This document shows, piece by piece, positions 40,793 through 51,033 of a stretch of 64,000 bases of DNA. The position numbers and the translations under genes are program-made. Source of the stretch: a virus; the IMG/VR virus record IMGVR_UViG_3300032315_000747, positions 17,900-81,899 of that record; one strand, 5' to 3'. Position 1 is the first letter of the stretch. Every line of letters begins with the position of its first letter. A model generated the notes under the pieces. It searched no databases. It was given only the letters and a program-made list of their open reading frames with translations, and was not told where the DNA came from.

Positions 40793-41845
40793 TTACCACA
40801 TTCTGCAGGACCAGTAGCGAGCCTTCCACTTAGGTCCTGGATTCTCGCAGTTGTGTCTAGCCCTAAACGATTTGCGTCGAGCAGGATTAGACTTCTTGAT
40901 TCGCATTGTTTTATCGCCGAAGTTTACTTTTACGACCTTGCCATCTGGTTTCTTCACGTATACTTTGCTTTTGGCGACATCGCCTTGCATGGGCTTGTTT
41001 AACGTAACCTTGCGGCCCTGATATTCTGCTTCGCCTAATGCAAGACTCTTGATTTTGGAAAGTTCGTCTTTTTCTGCACGGAACTCACTTACGTCAAACG
41101 GTTGGCTATTCCGAATAAGATCATCCATATGATCGATAATCTGTTCAAAGTCATCGTCTGGATGATATCCTCTATCGATCACTACGTCGTCATACATATC
41201 CTGAAGTCTGATGCGTGACTCTTCCCCAAAGTGACCCGAGAGACCATCATAAATTATTTGGAAGGGGTTATCGCCCTTTACGACCTTAGCAAAGATGTCA
41301 GAATCTTCTACTGATTCTCCTACGTTTCTTTTGATCGGGACCGTATCGGCGTCATCGTAATAGCCCTTTTCTAGGTCATCAATAACTTGACGAGTCCAAA
41401 TGCTGATATCGCTTGAACCGATTTCTTCTAGATCGTCAAGACCACTTGCTTGATCTTCAATCGCCGCCATGATTCTGACTGGACCGTACTTAGCAACAAT
41501 ATCATGATGCTGATTAAGGATTCTATGACGGATTGAGTCTGCTACACCTTGGCTAGAACCTTCGCCTAATGTTTTAGATCCGGCAGAAGATGCATCAGAG
41601 TCTGCACCCATAACCATCATTTCTTCAGATTCAGTGAGCATACCGTTAAAGTCTAGAAACTCTAGTGCTGCTTCGTCAAGCTGAATGATAATGCCGTCCT
41701 CAGTTAGACCAACCACGCCGCTTTCAATAACAAAGTGTTCGTTAAGTTCCAAATCAAAACTGTCATGCAAACCCACAGTGTCATTTTCTTGGTGCTGGCT
41801 CTCAAGCTCTCTGAATAGCTTGTACAGGTCTCTGGGATCATTCAT
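40793..41845 (-). CDS. Late acidic protein with basic C-terminal domain (DUF6321-like)
   Basis: KVYVK...VNFGD...RRKSFRARHNC...ARYWSC; ATAAATA late promoter and GGAG RBS. Confidence 0.7.
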   Translation of the reverse strand: MNDPRDLYKLFRELESQHQENDTVGLHDSFDLELNEHFVIESGVVGLTEDGIIIQLDEAALEFLDFNGMLTESEEMMVMGADSDASSAGSKTLGEGSSQGVADSIRHRILNQHHDIVAKYGPVRIMAAIEDQASGLDDLEEIGSSDISIWTRQVIDDLEKGYYDDADTVPIKRNVGESVEDSDIFAKVVKGDNPFQIIYDGLSGHFGEESRIRLQDMYDDVVIDRGYHPDDDFEQIIDHMDDLIRNSQPFDVSEFRAEKDELSKIKSLALGEAEYQGRKVTLNKPMQGDVAKSKVYVKKPDGKVVKVNFGDKTMRIKKSNPARRKSFRARHNCENPGPKWKARYWSCRMW

Positions 41846-41872
41846 GTTACTATCTCCGTATAGTTATTTATC

Positions 41873-42130
41873 TTAAACCAGGCATTTCTTGATAGGTGTG
41901 TAGTCTCGGTACATCACCGGTGTTCTATCCGGAATGATTTGAGATGTACTGCGGATGTCATCACCATATTTGAGTAGTAAGTATGAAATGACACCTTCAT
42001 CTTCTTTGAAATCCAAAATCAAATGATTGGTAAACTTGATGACTGCTAAAATCTTTCGCTTAAGATTCACATCCTTCAATATGTCATCAAAATTATTAGA
42101 TTCTCTATGTATAAAAATATGTATCATCAC
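41873..42130 (-). CDS. Hypothetical protein
   Basis: Coupled ORF. Confidence 0.55.
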   Translation of the reverse strand: MMIHIFIHRESNNFDDILKDVNLKRKILAVIKFTNHLILDFKEDEGVISYLLLKYGDDIRSTSQIIPDRTPVMYRDYTPIKKCLV

Positions 42131-42327
42131 TTATTCCAAAACAAAAATGCTACGAGGTCACGATCGGACTCAAAGAAAAACTCATACCCGCCCCATTGAT
42201 TATTCACATCTTCCATATAACGCCAATCAGAGGTGCAATTGCGATCACACCACTCAACTATTTTCTGTAGTTCCCCGTATGGAACTTCTATATTGGCTCT
42301 ATGTGCAGTTGGAATGTTGATGGACAT
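42127..42327 (-). CDS. Hypothetical protein
   Basis: Start MSINIPTAH after GGAGG; VEWC...YEFFFESDRD. Confidence 0.6.
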   Translation of the reverse strand: MSINIPTAHRANIEVPYGELQKIVEWCDRNCTSDWRYMEDVNNQWGGYEFFFESDRDLVAFLFWNK

Positions 42328-42808
42328 CAAGCCCTCCTTGAGTAAGAAACTTGACTCCGCGGTCGTCCCTGTACGTTTCTTTATAATATACAGTAGAGAT
42401 ACCGGCTTGGTAAATCGCTTTAGCACAATCCATGCATGGAGCATGGGTACAAAACAATGTTGCTCCTGTCGAGGATTCCGTGGATTGCGCAACCTTCATT
42501 AATGCATTCATTTCAGCGTGTAGTGTTTCGGGTTTTGTGACCCATCGGTATCTACCCTCTTCGTCTTCTAACGGATACATTTCATCAAACGGAGTGAACG
42601 TCATTGGATCAATTCCAGTCCAATAAGGTTTCTTATATTCCTTATATTCACATGTGTTTGGCCATCCCGCAGGCATACCATTCCATCCATAAGACAATAT
42701 AGTATTTTCTTTAACAATCACGCTACCAACTTGAAGTCTTTTAGCGTGTGACATTTGGCTTATTCTTTCAGCAATATCCATATAAAGGGATATGTATTTG
42801 GGTTCCAT
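42299..42808 (-). CDS. dCMP deaminase
   Basis: QVGSVIV, GWNG, HAEMNAL, PCMDCA. Confidence 0.92.
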   Translation of the reverse strand: MEPKYISLYMDIAERISQMSHAKRLQVGSVIVKENTILSYGWNGMPAGWPNTCEYKEYKKPYWTGIDPMTFTPFDEMYPLEDEEGRYRWVTKPETLHAEMNALMKVAQSTESSTGATLFCTHAPCMDCAKAIYQAGISTVYYKETYRDDRGVKFLTQGGLDVHQHSNCT

Positions 42809-42840
42809 TTTTAAATCTTTCATCGTGATTTATAAGTAAC

Positions 42841-43377
42841 CTAATCCCAGAGTGAGCGGAAATATTTACCGAACAGGTCTAACCCTTCTTGGATTCGCTC
42901 CTCATGCAGTTGATGTCCGACGGAATCATACCAGTGTTCATCGGGATTATGGTCAACCATCTGGTAGGTGCCTTCCATCTTTCCTGTTACAGGATTTGGA
43001 TACTGCTTGTCTGTCTTCTTCCAGCTAATATCCATCTTACCGTGATGATACTTGCTGTCATAGTCACCCAATGCAATCTGCTGAAAAGACCAAATCATCT
43101 TGTCAAGCGTGTCGTCCCATTCATCGCATCCTTTTTCGAACACTTCATCCTTATCTTCTTTCATGAAGTCAAACGTAGCTTGATTATTATAATCTTCTGC
43201 GCTATCATTCACAAAATCTCCGGGTACGCCCATCTTAGACTGTTTGAGTTGAATGAGTGCAGGCAAAATGATCAACGACAACGTGTTATCTAAAGACCAA
43301 GTATCGAACTTTTCGATCTTGACGTTGATCTTTCTGTTGCCGGTACCTGATGGAAATCTTCCTATATTAACTTTCAT
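42841..43377 (-). CDS. Hypothetical phage protein
   Basis: DTWSLDNTL...WDDTLDKMIWSF...EGLDLFGKYFRSLWD. Confidence 0.75.
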   Translation of the reverse strand: MKVNIGRFPSGTGNRKINVKIEKFDTWSLDNTLSLIILPALIQLKQSKMGVPGDFVNDSAEDYNNQATFDFMKEDKDEVFEKGCDEWDDTLDKMIWSFQQIALGDYDSKYHHGKMDISWKKTDKQYPNPVTGKMEGTYQMVDHNPDEHWYDSVGHQLHEERIQEGLDLFGKYFRSLWD

Positions 43378-43378
43378 C

Positions 43379-43639
43379 TCACGTTTCTCTACGCTCGTAC
43401 ACATATGAGAAGTCGCAGCCATATGCTGGACATACCATAATCTTTTCTGGCATGTTGTTATCGTCTTTAGTGCCGCTTTCCCCGCAGATAAAATACGAGT
43501 CGGGGAACGTGTCAGGGTACGTAGCACGAACAATTCTCATTGCTGCTTCATACCCCTTCTGAAATCGTTCAACGTCTTCACGGAGCTTCCTAAGCTCTCC
43601 TACGTGTGCTTCATGTTCAAGATTCATTTTCTTCAACAT
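43379..43639 (-). CDS. Hypothetical protein
   Basis: ORF in operon. Confidence 0.55.
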   Translation of the reverse strand: MLKKMNLEHEAHVGELRKLREDVERFQKGYEAAMRIVRATYPDTFPDSYFICGESGTKDDNNMPEKIMVCPAYGCDFSYVYERRET

Positions 43640-43671
43640 ATCTTTCTACTATAGCAAATTATATCGGATGC

Positions 43672-44034
43672 TCAACGCCTCATCCTTGCGATTTCTTCCG
43701 CATTCTGCTTATTAAACACAGGCACCAAACAACTTTTATGCATTACGGAAATTCCCAAAAGATTGTCACCTGTATACTTGTTCTCTTCCTTCTTGAACCC
43801 GTTACCAACTAGGTTAGAAGTGGGAACAGCACAACGAGACTCGTATGTAAATTTACTTTCTTCTACGTCACGCTTCTTTGACTTCTTGGCTTTGAGTTGA
43901 TCAGGATGCAATCCTTGCCTAGACAACCAAGCTTCATGCTCTGCCTTAGCCCTAAGTTGGGGAGCAGTCAGTTTCTTCTTGATCTTCCCGTGGTTAACTG
44001 TGCTAACAAAAATAGGAGCCAGATGCATGGTCAT
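43672..44034 (-). CDS. Hypothetical phage protein
   Basis: YTGDNLLGISVMHKS..VPVF...IARMRR. Confidence 0.7.
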   Translation of the reverse strand: MTMHLAPIFVSTVNHGKIKKKLTAPQLRAKAEHEAWLSRQGLHPDQLKAKKSKKRDVEESKFTYESRCAVPTSNLVGNGFKKEENKYTGDNLLGISVMHKSCLVPVFNKQNAEEIARMRR

Positions 44035-44369
44035 CGATTCGTCTCACCTGTCTTGATCTGTTCCGCTATATCGTTGTCAACATAGATCCAATCACGGATC
44101 CTACCACTAGTCAGACTGACTTGCTCGTCGATCCAACGCAATGCATTATTGTAGTCGTGTGAATAAAATGGTGCTTTGCCTTGCCAGATCAACTTACCGT
44201 AGATAGTTTCTTTAGTATAATCCACATATATTTCATGCTTTTGAGGATCATAGATTCCGGTCCAGGCGCCGTTAATCACTTCGAACGTAATCCGGCCGTC
44301 CGGTAACACGCTATTTTGTTCGCACCAAAGTGATGCACTACCGTCTTTACTTGCGATTGCAAACTGCAT
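44031..44369 (-). CDS. Hypothetical protein
   Basis: Coupled ORF. Confidence 0.6.
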   Translation of the reverse strand: MQFAIASKDGSASLWCEQNSVLPDGRITFEVINGAWTGIYDPQKHEIYVDYTKETIYGKLIWQGKAPFYSHDYNNALRWIDEQVSLTSGRIRDWIYVDNDIAEQIKTGETNR

Positions 44370-44370
44370 T

Positions 44371-44829
44371 TTATACCACCATTATTTTGTTGAAACCTTC
44401 TTTCTTAGAAGGCATAGAAAAGTTATTGATCATTTGCTTCATGACATGATCGGGAATGTTCTTGCCAGGGCGGTTCGCAAGCCTCTTAGCAAGTTCTTCT
44501 GGTTCCGGAGTCTCGAACACGACTGCGATAGCTTCGTATCCCTTGAGCATATTCAACTTGCGGGCGCGAGCAGCACGAGAAGTCGAAGTCTGGTCCCACA
44601 CGATATCCTTACCTGCATTACGGGCCTCGATAACCTCTTTGGTCATCAAGTTGATGGCAGTTGGCATGTAGCCTTCAAACACCTCCGAATAGGTCTTACC
44701 GACAGACTGAGCATATTCGTCTACGAATTTATCCGTAGAGATGAATGCCGTGTTCGTCCATTCTTGTTTAGCTACCCAGGTGCTTTTACCGGATCCCGGA
44801 ACACCAACAAGGACATACAACTTCGGCAT
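44371..44829 (-). CDS. P-loop kinase (polynucleotide kinase-like)
   Basis: VLVGVPGSGKSTW, ISTD, VWDQT, R..RP..IP. Confidence 0.85.
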   Translation of the reverse strand: MPKLYVLVGVPGSGKSTWVAKQEWTNTAFISTDKFVDEYAQSVGKTYSEVFEGYMPTAINLMTKEVIEARNAGKDIVWDQTSTSRAARARKLNMLKGYEAIAVVFETPEPEELAKRLANRPGKNIPDHVMKQMINNFSMPSKKEGFNKIMVV

Positions 44830-45221
44830 CACTTGACTCCTTCGATGTGCTTGCACGTTTTCCTAAAACCGAAGCCCTTGCAAGTGCAAGAGGACCTGAG
44901 ACCATCTTTGATGACAGTGTACATATCACCCTTAGAGCCTTGGACCACAACAGTCTTAGGAGCAGACACGACAGGGGGAACATAGTCAGACACGACACCG
45001 TCGATCTCGACGATATTTTCCATACGGATCACACGAAAAGGAAAATATTTATCCTGAGTCGTCAGTCCGATCTCATTCGTACCAAACCACTTCTGGCGCA
45101 TGATAATACCGGAATAGAGGTTGAACTCATGGATGACACCTGATGCGTAACGGTCTCTCGTGCCCCACAACGGACTACGAACTTTGAGAGTGACAACGTT
45201 ACCTTCAATCAGCTTGTTCAC
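44829..45221 (-). CDS. SWIM-type Zn-finger protein
   Basis: GSKGDMYTV...SCTCKGFGFRKTCKH. Confidence 0.75.
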   Translation of the reverse strand: MNKLIEGNVVTLKVRSPLWGTRDRYASGVIHEFNLYSGIIMRQKWFGTNEIGLTTQDKYFPFRVIRMENIVEIDGVVSDYVPPVVSAPKTVVVQGSKGDMYTVIKDGLRSSCTCKGFGFRKTCKHIEGVK

Positions 45222-45240
45222 GAAAAATCCCTAATTCAGA

Positions 45241-45278
45241 CTATAATTAAATATAGCACTGAAAACGTACAATGTCAA
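45241..45278 (-). promoter_or_regulatory. Early promoter repeat
   Basis: Reverse complement TTGACATTG...TGCTATATTTAATTATAG. Confidence 0.65.
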
Positions 45279-45279
45279 G

Positions 45280-45537
45280 TTAATTTTTAGAAGTGTCCGC
45301 TGATTTGAACAAGATAGTACATAAAACTAGCAGGCCCCAGGCCTGAATCCAGCTGATAGGCTTAACAACTGCGAGAGCAGGAACCAAACAGAGATTCCAA
45401 AGCCACATGATCGGAAGGCTGACGAGCAATCCAAAAAGTACAGGAGTGAAGATTTCTTTTGCGATTGCTCTAATTATAGCACGGACGTTTTCTATTTTTT
45501 TTTCTTTGGACGTTTTTTCATACATCAGATATTGCAT
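45280..45537 (-). CDS. Small membrane protein
   Basis: MWLWN..VP.....ISWIQAWGL, two TM segments. Confidence 0.65.
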   Translation of the reverse strand: MQYLMYEKTSKEKKIENVRAIIRAIAKEIFTPVLFGLLVSLPIMWLWNLCLVPALAVVKPISWIQAWGLLVLCTILFKSADTSKN

Positions 45538-45723
45538 AACTAGCTCTTACTTAGTTCGAGACAAAAGCATCTGGCAAGCAGTGTTCTCATCTGGCCAAAA
45601 ATGCTGACACTCATTATTCTTTTCCCACTTGATAAATTCAGCAAGAACATCCCCGATAGTCTTATTGCGTTCTTTCGCCATCTTCTGGACGATGCGCAGG
45701 GCGTGATCATTGTCGGTCACCAT

Positions 45724-46011
45724 TTAACTGTCTTTACCGTAGTTCAAGATATATTCCTTAGCCTTTTCCTTGCTGACATATTCGCCGTCCCAATCAAGAT
45801 AGATTTGATCAGCATTAACAGCGTCAATGATTTGAAGAATAAGCTGCTTCTGCCTATCAGTATCACGCCTTGCCATTGCAGACATTGACACGGGTTCATC
45901 AAAATACTGCTTCGCTAATTCATGAGCAGGACTACCCTCGTTAAAGTCCCAGCCCTTAAGGCTGCCCCACTTCAAGCTAAGATGTTCCTTGTTATCAACA
46001 GAGGTATTCAT
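45724..46011 (-). CDS. Hypothetical protein
   Basis: LKWGSLKGW...IYLDWDG. Confidence 0.65.
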   Translation of the reverse strand: MNTSVDNKEHLSLKWGSLKGWDFNEGSPAHELAKQYFDEPVSMSAMARRDTDRQKQLILQIIDAVNADQIYLDWDGEYVSKEKAKEYILNYGKDS

Positions 46012-46013
46012 AA

Positions 46014-46289
46014 TTACATGCTCCAGTAGGATTCAGAGTCGGGGCGGCAGCTCCAAGGCGTATCGGCAGCAATCTCTACATCCTTGCCGCTCATCATGTT
46101 CTTGACAGTGATGAACTTGGGGGCGTATTCGATGCGGAACATGTCATCAAAATAGCCGCAGCCGCGGAGAGCATTGACTTCACGATCCATCGAAGCATCA
46201 TCAGGACGATCAAACTCGTAGGAACTGACAAAGCGTTCACCGGTCTTGCAGCGACGATCCATACGGTAAATCTTGAGAGTGTAGATCAT
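46014..46289 (-). CDS. Hypothetical early protein
   Basis: GGAG RBS; VKNMMSGK...TPWSCRPDSESYWSM. Confidence 0.7.
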   Translation of the reverse strand: MIYTLKIYRMDRRCKTGERFVSSYEFDRPDDASMDREVNALRGCGYFDDMFRIEYAPKFITVKNMMSGKDVEIAADTPWSCRPDSESYWSM

Positions 46290-46317
46290 GTTCGTATCTC
46301 CGTTCGTTTGTTTCTGT

Positions 46318-46355
46318 CTATAATTCAATATAGCAAAACGGGTAACTGATGTCAA
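46318..46355 (-). promoter_or_regulatory. Early promoter repeat
   Basis: Reverse complement TTGACATCAGTTACCCGTTTTGCTATATTGAATTATAG. Confidence 0.75.
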
Positions 46356-46790
46356 CCAAAATCATGCCTATTTATCATTTTTGTTTGTGATGATAATGTA
46401 CCAAACAACCCCTACTACAGCAAGTGCGAAAATCACGAATGCAGTGGTCATTGTTCTATTCCAAAGTGTTTCAAAATCGCTGTCCTAAGCTCGCCGTCGC
46501 GAAAACTGTCGGCGATTTCATACAGCATCGTATAGCAACCCATTGCGGCGATTTCATCATGTTCGGGTTGATATTCGACACCGGCTAGTTCAGCAAACTC
46601 TGGACCCCAGTATTTCTTATAGTCCTCGATATATTTTACTTTCACAGGTTAACTCCAAAGTTTTCGTTGATCGAATCGTGGATAGTCGGTGAGCCGATAT
46701 TCGAGGTGCTGCGAAGGCACTCGATGGAAAATCCCTCGTTCCAAGCTATAGTTAAACTATATGCTCGAAACGAGGGAATGTCAACCTTTA

Positions 46791-47399
46791 TTATCTATTT
46801 GGTCGGTAGAAAATATGATTACCGATCTGTACTAGTTTGGTCATGCCGCGCCAGTTGGGAGAGACATAAGCTGCATGAAAATATAGCGCATTTTCCATAC
46901 CGTAAACACGTTTTCCGTCGAGCAATGTTTCACGTGCAATCTTCTTGCTCGATTCCCATGCCACACCTGATGGAGTAGTCCATCGTTTCCCCCGAGTACT
47001 GGCCCATGAAAATTGAGACGGAGCGAATACAACTTCGCATACACCGAGACGGTTCTTCTTCATTCGGTTGATGGTAACCTGTGCTACAGCGAACTTACCC
47101 AAATTAGGTTCGCCGCCGGACTCATGATAGATATTTTTTGCTAAACAGAAAAGATCAGATTCGCTAACTGTAAGCTTTTCAGTAGTGTCGATTATCGACA
47201 AGAACTTGGGTTTAGTCGGTGCGACTGAAGTTTCAGCCGAAATGGTCTTCGGGTGTATCGTAGTAACAGACATAGCTGTCGCCGCATATGCTGTGTTTTG
47301 TATATTCATTGCTTGAAGCACAACGACTGCAAGCAGTATTACTAACATTATTTGCCAAGATGATTTATCTTGGATAGAACTTTTCTGAGAAAAGAACAT
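46791..47399 (-). CDS. Cell wall hydrolase (SleB/Hydrolase_2)
   Basis: CLAKNIYHES.GE, AVAQVTINR, QFSW, ALYFHA, IGNHIFY; N-terminal TM/signal. Confidence 0.9.
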   Translation of the reverse strand: MFFSQKSSIQDKSSWQIMLVILLAVVVLQAMNIQNTAYAATAMSVTTIHPKTISAETSVAPTKPKFLSIIDTTEKLTVSESDLFCLAKNIYHESGGEPNLGKFAVAQVTINRMKKNRLGVCEVVFAPSQFSWASTRGKRWTTPSGVAWESSKKIARETLLDGKRVYGMENALYFHAAYVSPNWRGMTKLVQIGNHIFYRPNR

Positions 47400-47692
47400 T
47401 TTATTTCCTTAATTGGGCCGCTCTAAGAGACGATGGGTTATTTGTAACGTCCTTCTTACGGGACACCCTATCTATCTTAAAGTAGCACTTCCGTAAGTAT
47501 CTTTGATAAAGGATAAACCGTATAATATTATTATACGGTTTACAAATTCCGCTTCAAAGATAATTAACGACAATTAACTGAAATATCAGTTAAAATAGAA
47601 ACCTTGACTACTAATCAAGACTTCTTGTCAACCTCTCTCTTTTGTTGACAGTAGTATTTAGTGTAATTGTTTTGGCATAATATACTTTTATT

Positions 47693-48013
47693 TTAAATAA
47701 GCGAAGAATAGACGTTCTTGACTGATCTGACAGTAAAACTTCGCCAGGCCTGCGTATCTAGATCGAACACCGGGATTGACGTAGTAGAAATCTTACGGGA
47801 AGTCCTTTCTTCGTTGATTTCTTTCTTAGGAAGAACATCAGGGTTGAGGGTGCATCGCATCACCCTCTCACTGCCGTCTTTCTTAGTGAACGTGATTAGT
47901 ACTTCAGTAGTACGTAATAGTTCATTGATCCAAATAGCAAACGTATTCCATTCTTCGTCAGTCCACACTTCGGTTGGCTGGCTAATAATCAGTTCCGAGG
48001 GTTCAATTTTCAT
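47693..48013 (-). CDS. Sm/WYL-like SH3-fold protein
   Basis: ITFTKKDGSERVMRCTL...VFDLD.QAWRSF. Confidence 0.7.
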   Translation of the reverse strand: MKIEPSELIISQPTEVWTDEEWNTFAIWINELLRTTEVLITFTKKDGSERVMRCTLNPDVLPKKEINEERTSRKISTTSIPVFDLDTQAWRSFTVRSVKNVYSSLI

Positions 48014-48216
48014 TTCATGATTCCAAAAAGTAATAGTGTGAAAATAAAGCAGTTAACTGTTAACAATGCCTTGTCCTTCGTTACAGCAGCGACATATCCC
48101 CAGATACCTGCCCCGAATAATGACAGGATGATGTCTGCCATATGCTGATCATACACCCGACATATCGTTGCGAGGATAACACATCCGGTGCCGATCCACT
48201 TGATTGACTCAAGCAT
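48010..48216 (-). CDS. Small membrane protein
   Basis: Three hydrophobic segments. Confidence 0.6.
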   Translation of the reverse strand: MLESIKWIGTGCVILATICRVYDQHMADIILSLFGAGIWGYVAAVTKDKALLTVNCFIFTLLLFGIMK

Positions 48217-48715
48217 TTGTGTTTTCTATCGCCTGTCTCAAAATTTGTTCCAAATACTGATTCAGCGTAATATCTAATTCATGTGCTTGCATCGCAAGAT
48301 GCAATAATAGGTCATGAGGCAGTTCAACATCGATTTGGATTCGCTTATCAAAATCGAACTTGCCATCAAACATGAACCTAGCTTTAGTCAAAAAATCATC
48401 TTCGACCTCAAGATCAGTCCACTTAACATCATCATATGCAACCACAGGATCGATGTTGCGTTCGGCAGCTTCGGTGTAGTAAGCATCTTTCCATTGTGGA
48501 TTTAACCAACGATAAGGAACTGAGGCAGAACTATCTTTAGCCTCGACCCTAGCTTCGTAAATCGTTTGATCAACAGTAGAGTAAATGATAGTTACTTCAG
48601 CACTATCACTCTCCAGAGACATAAACCTAGCTGCGGGGTAGCAGTTCCATTGATGTGCTGATCCGTCTGTGATACCATAATCAAACGTTTTCAAAATCGT
48701 TTCGAAATTCATCAT
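48209..48715 (-). CDS. Hypothetical protein with C-terminal RHH-like segment
   Basis: AHELDITLNQYLE. Confidence 0.65.
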   Translation of the reverse strand: MMNFETILKTFDYGITDGSAHQWNCYPAARFMSLESDSAEVTIIYSTVDQTIYEARVEAKDSSASVPYRWLNPQWKDAYYTEAAERNIDPVVAYDDVKWTDLEVEDDFLTKARFMFDGKFDFDKRIQIDVELPHDLLLHLAMQAHELDITLNQYLEQILRQAIENTNA

Positions 48716-48729
48716 AGTTTCTTTTCTGT

Positions 48730-49077
48730 TTAAAGTAGTTCGTGCTTGAGGTAAACTTCTTCGGAATAATAGCCGTTCGAACTGCCAAACCAACGAACGT
48801 CAACATATCCTTTAAAGGTCGCGAACTTATAGAACGTCCATGTGTACGAATCAAACCCTTCCATATCCGGAGTTTCACCAGACGCTTCACGCGCGACCAA
48901 CAGCGGCAGATTCTCTAAGTCTGAAAGGTCACCGCAAATGTCTTCGATACTTACAGTTTCGCAGCAATCTTGGTCGTGGTAAAACGTATATCTTTCTACG
49001 TCATTTTCAAAAACCATAGTGTCGTCATCTGCCCGGACTTTCACGAAAGTCTTTCCGACCATAGATTCGATATCCAT
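48730..49077 (-). CDS. Hypothetical phage protein
   Basis: HDQDCCE.V.IEDI.GDL, SNGYYSE. Confidence 0.75.
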   Translation of the reverse strand: MDIESMVGKTFVKVRADDDTMVFENDVERYTFYHDQDCCETVSIEDICGDLSDLENLPLLVAREASGETPDMEGFDSYTWTFYKFATFKGYVDVRWFGSSNGYYSEEVYLKHELL

Positions 49078-49151
49078 TTTTGTTACCTTTCATCCTATAT
49101 CTTAATATAACAAAACAAATCGGGCATGTCAACCGAATTCGTGAAAAACTG

Positions 49152-49577
49152 CTATTTTAATATTTTTTCTAAAAGAACCTTGAATCGATCAGTGACATCT
49201 TTTTCCCAAGGCAAATTCTGGTATTGTGCATATGTTAGTTTAGCTTGGTCTATCTTATATGTCTTGCCTTCCCAGACAAAAACACCAGACCTGCTGATTG
49301 CTAATTGTCCCCGATGCATCTGGCTGATATGTATCAACTCATGTACTATGGGATAGATAATCTCGTGGATAGACAAATCTAAGTTCACGCAGAACCGATT
49401 ATTAATCGCTGGATTAAGTATCGCTGATCCATATACTGATGGTCCCATTCTTTGGAACTCAACAACGATCTGATCGGGCAAATCTATGTGTAGTGCTGCT
49501 AACTCACAGATGCGTATCGTGACATGTTCTTTGGCAGTGTGCTGTTCCCCCTTGGGGTATATGAATGAGACTTGCAT
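49152..49577 (-). CDS. Zn metallopeptidase-like protein (HExxH)
   Basis: IVHELIHISQ...LPWE; CTAAATA late promoter. Confidence 0.7.
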   Translation of the reverse strand: MQVSFIYPKGEQHTAKEHVTIRICELAALHIDLPDQIVVEFQRMGPSVYGSAILNPAINNRFCVNLDLSIHEIIYPIVHELIHISQMHRGQLAISRSGVFVWEGKTYKIDQAKLTYAQYQNLPWEKDVTDRFKVLLEKILK

Positions 49578-49590
49578 ACGGTATTTAGCC

Positions 49591-49617
49591 AAAAAGGAAG
49601 GGGCCGAAACCCCTTCC
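49591..49617 (-). terminator. Rho-independent terminator
   Basis: GGAAGGGG-loop-CCCCTTCC followed by a U tract on the - strand. Confidence 0.8.
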
Positions 49618-49619
49618 AG

Positions 49620-50222
49620 TTACATAGCTGTAGGACCGTTACCTTGGCGAAACCCGATCTGACCACCTTGATCTTTGATCCGTTGAATCACTTCTTCGAA
49701 CAAGATAGGGGTGTAATTGATCTGCTCTACGCTCACGCAATAGTACCTAGGATCTATTTCGTCCCCATAAATGATAGTTTTTGTTTCGTCGTCAAACCCG
49801 ATCGGCTTCTTCACTTGGTTACCATGCAAATGACCATGTATGTTTTTGTGGAATCTTGCTAGACTGGATTCGTGGACAGGGATATGTGACATAATGCAAC
49901 CGTTCATCACATGATAAGCTCGGATGTCACGAAAGTACCTAGTGTAATCAGACAGCCTGAAGATGTCGTGATTTCCCTTGATCAATACCTTATCACCATT
50001 CAGTCGATCCAAGATCGACAGATGCTTGCGATTGATAACGACATCACCCAGAAAATATGTCTTATCCTTTGGACCCACAGCCTCATTATAGCGCCGAACC
50101 ATCTCCTCATCCATTTCATTCACATCATCCCATGGACGCAAAGGAGTTCCATCGTAATTTGTAAACTTACAAATATTTGCGTGTCCAAAATGCGGATCAC
50201 TATATAAAAAAACGCTAGGCAT
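49620..50222 (-). CDS. Metallophosphoesterase
   Basis: SDPHFGH, LGDV, KGNHD, SHIP, IHGHLH. Confidence 0.9.
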   Translation of the reverse strand: MPSVFLYSDPHFGHANICKFTNYDGTPLRPWDDVNEMDEEMVRRYNEAVGPKDKTYFLGDVVINRKHLSILDRLNGDKVLIKGNHDIFRLSDYTRYFRDIRAYHVMNGCIMSHIPVHESSLARFHKNIHGHLHGNQVKKPIGFDDETKTIIYGDEIDPRYYCVSVEQINYTPILFEEVIQRIKDQGGQIGFRQGNGPTAM

Positions 50223-50278
50223 GTCTTATCTCCATTTATTATACTTACAATATAACAGATTGGGTAAGATGTCAAGCC

Positions 50279-50521
50279 TTATTTTTCAGGAAGATTTTTC
50301 TTACGCCAATGTGTTAACACTGAAACTACGAAAGTTGTCACCACGAGAGTGACAACGAATAACGCAGATCCATAATACGAGACGAATTCTGCTGCACCTG
50401 CTATGATCATAGCAACTATAACAGTTAGGATCGTCAATCCTAAGATTGTTTTGATGATAGGAAAAATACTATCACTCCATTGTTGGCATACTTCTTTAAC
50501 AGAATCAAATAGCTTACTCAT
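50279..50521 (-). CDS. Small membrane protein
   Basis: Two TM helices. Confidence 0.55.
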   Translation of the reverse strand: MSKLFDSVKEVCQQWSDSIFPIIKTILGLTILTVIVAMIIAGAAEFVSYYGSALFVVTLVVTTFVVSVLTHWRKKNLPEK

Positions 50522-50957
50522 TTGTTTTCTCTTTTTTTAACAATTCGATTAATCGATATTGATCTGCTAATTTATCATAGTGGTCATATGACAGCAAGGC
50601 GAGATCGGGGTGTTTGTTTTCTAGTGTATAGTCTCTGTTGTCTAGTTTGAGCCTAAACCATCGTTCTTCGTATAGATGAGGATCAACTATGTCTTTAAAA
50701 GAAGTATAAGGTATATTTTTAGTAGTGTCTGTAGTCTCGATGAACTTTATATATTCGCTGGTCTTGATTAGTCTTCCATCACCTTCACACTTTTCGCAAC
50801 TAGGCCTAAATGTGATGTATGTTCGTTTATGATAGTTATCTAACTTTTGGGTCGTGAAAAAGCCGAGACCATCGCAGTTGTCACAGAGAATGACCTCGTT
50901 CTTGCGAACAAGGATACCGGTAACAAGTTGAGGAAGGTCTGTGACTTCGATACTCAT
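50514..50957 (-). CDS. DnaJ-type CxxCxGxG Zn-finger protein
   Basis: CDNCDGLG, CEKCEGDG. Confidence 0.65.
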   Translation of the reverse strand: MSIEVTDLPQLVTGILVRKNEVILCDNCDGLGFFTTQKLDNYHKRTYITFRPSCEKCEGDGRLIKTSEYIKFIETTDTTKNIPYTSFKDIVDPHLYEERWFRLKLDNRDYTLENKHPDLALLSYDHYDKLADQYRLIELLKKEKTNE

Positions 50958-51033
50958 AAATTACTTTATACTATATATTTATAGTAAGGTCAACCGCATA
51001 ATCAAGTTTATTTAGAATATCTGATGTTTTGGA

